From assembly GCA_049968235.1 (NCBI GenBank), contig JBMFRC010000004.1, positions 96,001-160,000 on the forward strand: a DNA stretch of 64,000 bases. Reading direction: 5' to 3'. Both the position numbers and the translations under genes were made by a program. Shown in pieces: positions 60,272-64,000 of the stretch (positions are counted from its first letter, which is position 1; each line of letters begins with the position of its first letter). The notes beneath the pieces are model-generated. The model had not been told where the DNA came from. It ran no database searches and saw nothing but the letters and a program-made list of their open reading frames with translations. The DNA is from Candidatus Hydrogenedens sp. GTDB taxonomy: Bacteria; Hydrogenedentota; Hydrogenedentia; Hydrogenedentales; Hydrogenedentaceae.

Positions 60272-61626
60272 AGTTCTCCTTTTAATTTAATATATTTTTC
60301 ACGGTAGGTTGGTAAGGTAACACCGACAGCGGCACGAGAGCCTTCAAAGGCAACATCAATATCTCTGCTTTCTATAGATGAGGGTAAAATTTTTAACAAA
60401 TTTTTATCACCCAATTTGAAAATAAGGTAACAGATTTCTTTCCTTACATTTGTAGTTCCTTCTCTCATTAATTCCTGATATTGAGGTAAAAGTGTAGGGT
60501 CTCCCCCCTGATATAAGGCGGTAATTGCCTTTGCTCGATAAATAAGATTTACATCAGTAGGATTTTCTCTTCGAGTAAGTCTTGCTCTTAAGAATTGTTG
60601 GGCTTTCCATTCTTGTACCTTTGCTAGAATAAGAGCAATTTCGGGGCGAAGCGTTATTTGTTCCTCATATAGTTGGGAAAGGAGGGATTTACCTTGAGGT
60701 TCTTTAAGATAGAACAGGGCTTTAATGGCTCTATATCTTGCCATGCCCTCTAATCGTGGGAGAAGTTGAAGTAGTTGTTCACGAATATCATCACCCCCGA
60801 GTGTAACGAGAGCATAAACCGCCGATTCAGATTTTTCTTCGTTTTGTGATATTAACATTTCTAAAAGTTTTGGGATAATTTCTCGGACACCTAAATAGGC
60901 TAATGCGCGTGCGGAAGGTCCACTAATTTCACCTGAACGGTCTTGTAACATATTCATCAATGATGGTATGCCATCACGATAGCCCATCAGACCACTTAAA
61001 ATAGCGGACTGAATTCGAACGGACCTGTTTCCATGTTCTAATCCGCTACGAAGCAACGCAGTTGGAACTTGATTTCCTGTTAGATACATACCTTTTGCGG
61101 AGACCAATTGTGTTGTTATCTCATTTGAAGAAAGTAGTTTTTGTAAATATTCATTGGCTTCTTGAGAACCATGTAATACTAATAAGACTGCACATTCTAC
61201 TTTCAGGTCCTGGTTCCCTTCGGAAGATTTGAATATTTCATCCAATCTACTCCATGCTCTTTCTACTGTTACCTTGTCTTCTGTTCTAAGTGTAACTCCG
61301 GGTGAAAGTTGAATAGATGGCTTTTCTTTCTTTTCTGTTTGTACTATAATCTCTGCAATTTGGTCTAACCGATAAGTTACCCTATCTTCTTTTTCTGTCT
61401 CAAAAGCAAGATATTGGTCATGTATTTCTACGAGTTGAAGGTTTACATCTTTTGCTCCTGAGTTCTTTATTATTACGGTTATGAGATTATTTGAATTTAA
61501 TAGTTCATTTAAGGATTTTCCTCCCGTTATTTTTATATCTTCAGCAAGAATTGATAGAGATGTGATACATAAAATTACAAATAGAGTTCCTAACATTATT
61601 TTTTTTAGGTTCCTTATATTGTCCAT
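60268..61626 (-). CDS. secreted HEAT/PBS-lyase-repeat protein
   Basis: Signal peptide; repeated ~30-aa helical HEAT-like units (…SVRIQSAILSGLMGYRDGIPSLMNMLQD…ARALAYLGVREIIPKLLEML…); 4-nt overlap with the acylphosphatase gene. Confidence 0.5.
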   Translation of the reverse strand: MDNIRNLKKIMLGTLFVILCITSLSILAEDIKITGGKSLNELLNSNNLITVIIKNSGAKDVNLQLVEIHDQYLAFETEKEDRVTYRLDQIAEIIVQTEKKEKPSIQLSPGVTLRTEDKVTVERAWSRLDEIFKSSEGNQDLKVECAVLLVLHGSQEANEYLQKLLSSNEITTQLVSAKGMYLTGNQVPTALLRSGLEHGNRSVRIQSAILSGLMGYRDGIPSLMNMLQDRSGEISGPSARALAYLGVREIIPKLLEMLISQNEEKSESAVYALVTLGGDDIREQLLQLLPRLEGMARYRAIKALFYLKEPQGKSLLSQLYEEQITLRPEIALILAKVQEWKAQQFLRARLTRRENPTDVNLIYRAKAITALYQGGDPTLLPQYQELMREGTTNVRKEICYLIFKLGDKNLLKILPSSIESRDIDVAFEGSRAAVGVTLPTYREKYIKLKGEL

Positions 61627-61744
61627 AACATTCCTTTCTTTATTTACATCTAAAAATTATTATAAGCATATTATAGATTAATTATCTCATGAATGGATAA
61701 CATACCCATAGTTCTAACTGTTTTATAAAGGGTGAAATAGATTT

Positions 61745-63037
61745 TTATTTAAACCATTCTATCTTTTTTGTTTGAATAAATTCATCTAAAAATAATTTTG
61801 CTTTAGTAAATGAATCTACAAACGGATTAATAGCAAGGGCTTTCAGTGCATAATTATACGATTTATTGACAATGGCTTCTATCATAAGTCGGTCACTTTC
61901 TTTAGCTGTTAAGAGTAGCCCCCGGAAGACTTCCGGTAATTTGGTATGGATAGAAGGTTTTAATCCTTTATTGTTTATTTCACAGGGTATTTCAATTGAT
62001 GTATCAAAAGGGAATTCGGGTAAGTAGTCTTTATTGGGAATACAAACGATATGTTCCTCTGAGCGTTGTTTTTGTAAAGCACAAATGATAGGAATGATGA
62101 TTTCGTCGTACCATAATGGATTTCGTTCATAAACAACATCAGGAATTGTTGCTATTTCGGGGTTTTTATAAATATTCAATATCTTCGATTCATGTTCGTA
62201 AAGCATCTCTGAACGAAATTGTGATTTCTTTTTTTGTTCTTTTAAATAATCACTCTTTCTTAAAAATATGTTTAAGGCTCTGGAAGGTATAATGTTAAAA
62301 GAAGAGATAAGTTGGTTATCAAACGAGGGGATATTTTCCTTTTCCAATTTATCAATAAGTTCCATCATGATGCTTTTATTGCGTAGATATACATCACAAA
62401 TTGCCCCCAGGTGGTAAAGTCCTATGTATTGAATACGAATATGCTTTTCGGAGACATTGAATAATTGTGAAATAATCTTTTTATCAGAAGTAGAGGATTC
62501 ACAAATACCAATTACCTGTTTTAACCCTGCAAATCGTGTGAGTGTTTCAACAACAAGTCCCATCGGATTGGTCATATTTATTATATAGGCTGAAGGATTT
62601 ATTGAAGATATTTTTTTACCTATCTCCAGCATTACAGGTATCGTGTAAAAAGCATTCAGAAAACTTCCGGCTCCAAAACTTTCATCACCAATTAAATCGT
62701 AGTTTACGGGTCTTTTCTCATAATCAATTCTCGCAAGAAAGCCACCTACACGGATATGGCTAAGTATTATATGAGCCCCTTCTATTCCTGTTTCTATTGA
62801 GGTAGTTTCTTTAATTCGTATAGGATATCCAATGTTATCGATCATTCTTTTACAAAACGATGCAACGATATTAAGTTTCTCTGGATTTTTACCTATTAAA
62901 ATAATTTCTTTTAATCGAACATTATTTTGCATGAGGGCTGATAAGAAAACAGGAATATAGACGCTACTTCCCCCAAGCACGGCTAATCGCGTTATCATTT
63001 TTGCGTTGTAATTTTGATTTACTTCTTTTTTCTTCAT
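61745..63037 (-). CDS. GH4 family NAD/Mn-dependent glycosidase (6-phospho-glucosidase/alpha-glucosidase-like)
   Basis: N-terminal Rossmann LAVLGGSSVYIPVF; NMTNPMGLVVETL motif typical of GH4; ~430 aa. Confidence 0.65.
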   Translation of the reverse strand: MKKKEVNQNYNAKMITRLAVLGGSSVYIPVFLSALMQNNVRLKEIILIGKNPEKLNIVASFCKRMIDNIGYPIRIKETTSIETGIEGAHIILSHIRVGGFLARIDYEKRPVNYDLIGDESFGAGSFLNAFYTIPVMLEIGKKISSINPSAYIINMTNPMGLVVETLTRFAGLKQVIGICESSTSDKKIISQLFNVSEKHIRIQYIGLYHLGAICDVYLRNKSIMMELIDKLEKENIPSFDNQLISSFNIIPSRALNIFLRKSDYLKEQKKKSQFRSEMLYEHESKILNIYKNPEIATIPDVVYERNPLWYDEIIIPIICALQKQRSEEHIVCIPNKDYLPEFPFDTSIEIPCEINNKGLKPSIHTKLPEVFRGLLLTAKESDRLMIEAIVNKSYNYALKALAINPFVDSFTKAKLFLDEFIQTKKIEWFK

Positions 63038-63067
63038 TGATGCCCCTAAAATGAAGCTATATGGTAA

Positions 63068-63673
63068 TTAGAGAAGGAGTATATTGTCTGGTTCTGTAAT
63101 AGGTTCCCCTTTCTTGCATAGTTCACACTCTTCGGGTAGCCAACTTGGTAAATGAATTTCAGATAGGGAATAAAATGGTATGTCAAAGGATACATTTTTA
63201 GGATTTCTATTTACAATACACCCAATACCCACAACATCTGCACCTCTTTCCTGTAAATGTTTTATACATTTTTTCACGGAACCACCTGTTGTTGTGATAT
63301 CTTCAACTATAATTACTTTCCAACCTTTAACCAATGTGAACCCTCTTTTCATAGCCATACTGCCATCCGATTCTTTTTCGAGAAACGCAGAACGGCAATT
63401 AAGATACTTGGCTACCTCATGAGCCAGAATGATACCACCTGTAGCAGGACCTGCAACCAAATCAACCTGTAAATTTGTAAAGTATCGATATAATTCATAA
63501 CATAGTTTTTCTACAACTCTGGGATATTGTAATATGCGGGCAAATTGTAGGAACTGATTTCCATGTCTGCCACTGGCATAAACAAAATGTCCATCAAGCA
63601 ATGCTTTATGTTTAATAAACAAATCTAACACTTCTTCATTTTTCATTTTCAATTTCCTTTGTAATACGCTCAA
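63068..63673 (-). CDS. pyrE: orotate phosphoribosyltransferase
   Basis: PRPP-binding motif VIIVEDITTTGGS; type I PRTase fold pattern; the true start may be the internal ATG at ~63646 (MKNEEV...). Confidence 0.8.
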   Translation of the reverse strand: MSVLQRKLKMKNEEVLDLFIKHKALLDGHFVYASGRHGNQFLQFARILQYPRVVEKLCYELYRYFTNLQVDLVAGPATGGIILAHEVAKYLNCRSAFLEKESDGSMAMKRGFTLVKGWKVIIVEDITTTGGSVKKCIKHLQERGADVVGIGCIVNRNPKNVSFDIPFYSLSEIHLPSWLPEECELCKKGEPITEPDNILLL

Positions 63674-64000
63674 ATGCGAAATGAGGATTTTCGGCTTTTA
63701 ATATGGGACGGGAAAGTACCAACATATTGGCACCTCGAGAAATCGCTTCTGATGGTGTCATAACTCTTGCCTGGTCATGGGTATCGGAAGCCCATACAGG
63801 GCGGACACCTGGTGTAATTAATAAAAAGTCAACACCTAATTTTTCTCGTAAAAGGGATATTTCCATAGGTGAGCATACAATTCCATGAGCACCTGATAAA
63901 AGAGCCATCTTGGCGAGATAAAATACGGTATCTTCCAGATTCCATTTAATTCCTAATTCTGTTTGTATTTGTTCTTCGGTATGGCTTGTTAAAATAGTTA
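63636..64000 (-). CDS. pyrF: orotidine 5'-phosphate decarboxylase, C-terminal part (5' end beyond window)
   Basis: In-frame continuation upstream of the listed ATG gives ...LSGAHGIVCSPME..., cf. E. coli pyrF GLDGVVCSAQE; C-terminal VLSRPI; the frame is open to the window edge. Confidence 0.7.
   Translation of the reverse strand, partial: TILTSHTEEQIQTELGIKWNLEDTVFYLAKMALLSGAHGIVCSPMEISLLREKLGVDFLLITPGVRPVWASDTHDQARVMTPSEAISRGANMLVLSRPILKAENPHFAFERITKEIENEK

Noticed and set aside
1-64000. Search for CRISPR arrays, tRNA/rRNA genes and transposase/integrase genes
   Set aside because: No regularly spaced direct repeats, no cloverleaf-compatible conserved tRNA stretches in the intergenic regions, and no ORF with DDE/tyrosine-recombinase motifs were seen. 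The AT-rich block therefore cannot be called a bounded mobile element from this window.

Overview
This is a gene-dense, low-GC bacterial chromosomal segment, mostly minus-strand. It comes from a diderm (bamA, skp, lpxD and an lpxC-fabZ fusion are present), probably a PVC-type or candidate-phylum organism, since a DUF1559-style prepilin-like protein and many glycan-degrading enzymes occur. Core content: a mcsA-mcsB-clpC stress-proteolysis module directly followed by bamA-skp-lpxD-lpxC/fabZ; an HlyD/ABC/ABC-2 efflux set; a second ABC exporter next to a PsiE-like gene; an MFS / Pcs-like CDP-alcohol phosphatidyltransferase / GT-C / Sfp-PPTase operon; an orphan ExeA(GspA)-like ATPase and an orphan short GspE-like ATPase; a hybrid sensor kinase; an MltD-like transglycosylase with 7 LysM repeats; glycoside hydrolases (GH38, GH2-like, GH33 sialidase, GH4, a TAT Gfo/Idh/MocA GH109-like protein, a beta-propeller GH-like protein); tandem paralogous alpha/beta hydrolases; a secreted EF-hand protein; and pyrE plus a window-truncated pyrF. 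The leftmost ~4.7 kb is a visibly more AT-rich block of six co-oriented, mostly signal-peptide-bearing hypothetical proteins. One of them has a caspase-like His/Cys dyad signature, and a 21-bp near-identical sequence recurs at two gene 3' boundaries. No rRNA, tRNA, CRISPR array or recognisable transposase/integrase was seen. I did not find a single unambiguous undescribed system; the most unusual candidates are that AT-rich secreted-protein block with the clan-CD-like protein, the mcsAB-clpC/bamA junction in a diderm, and the MFS-Pcs-GT-C-PPTase operon.
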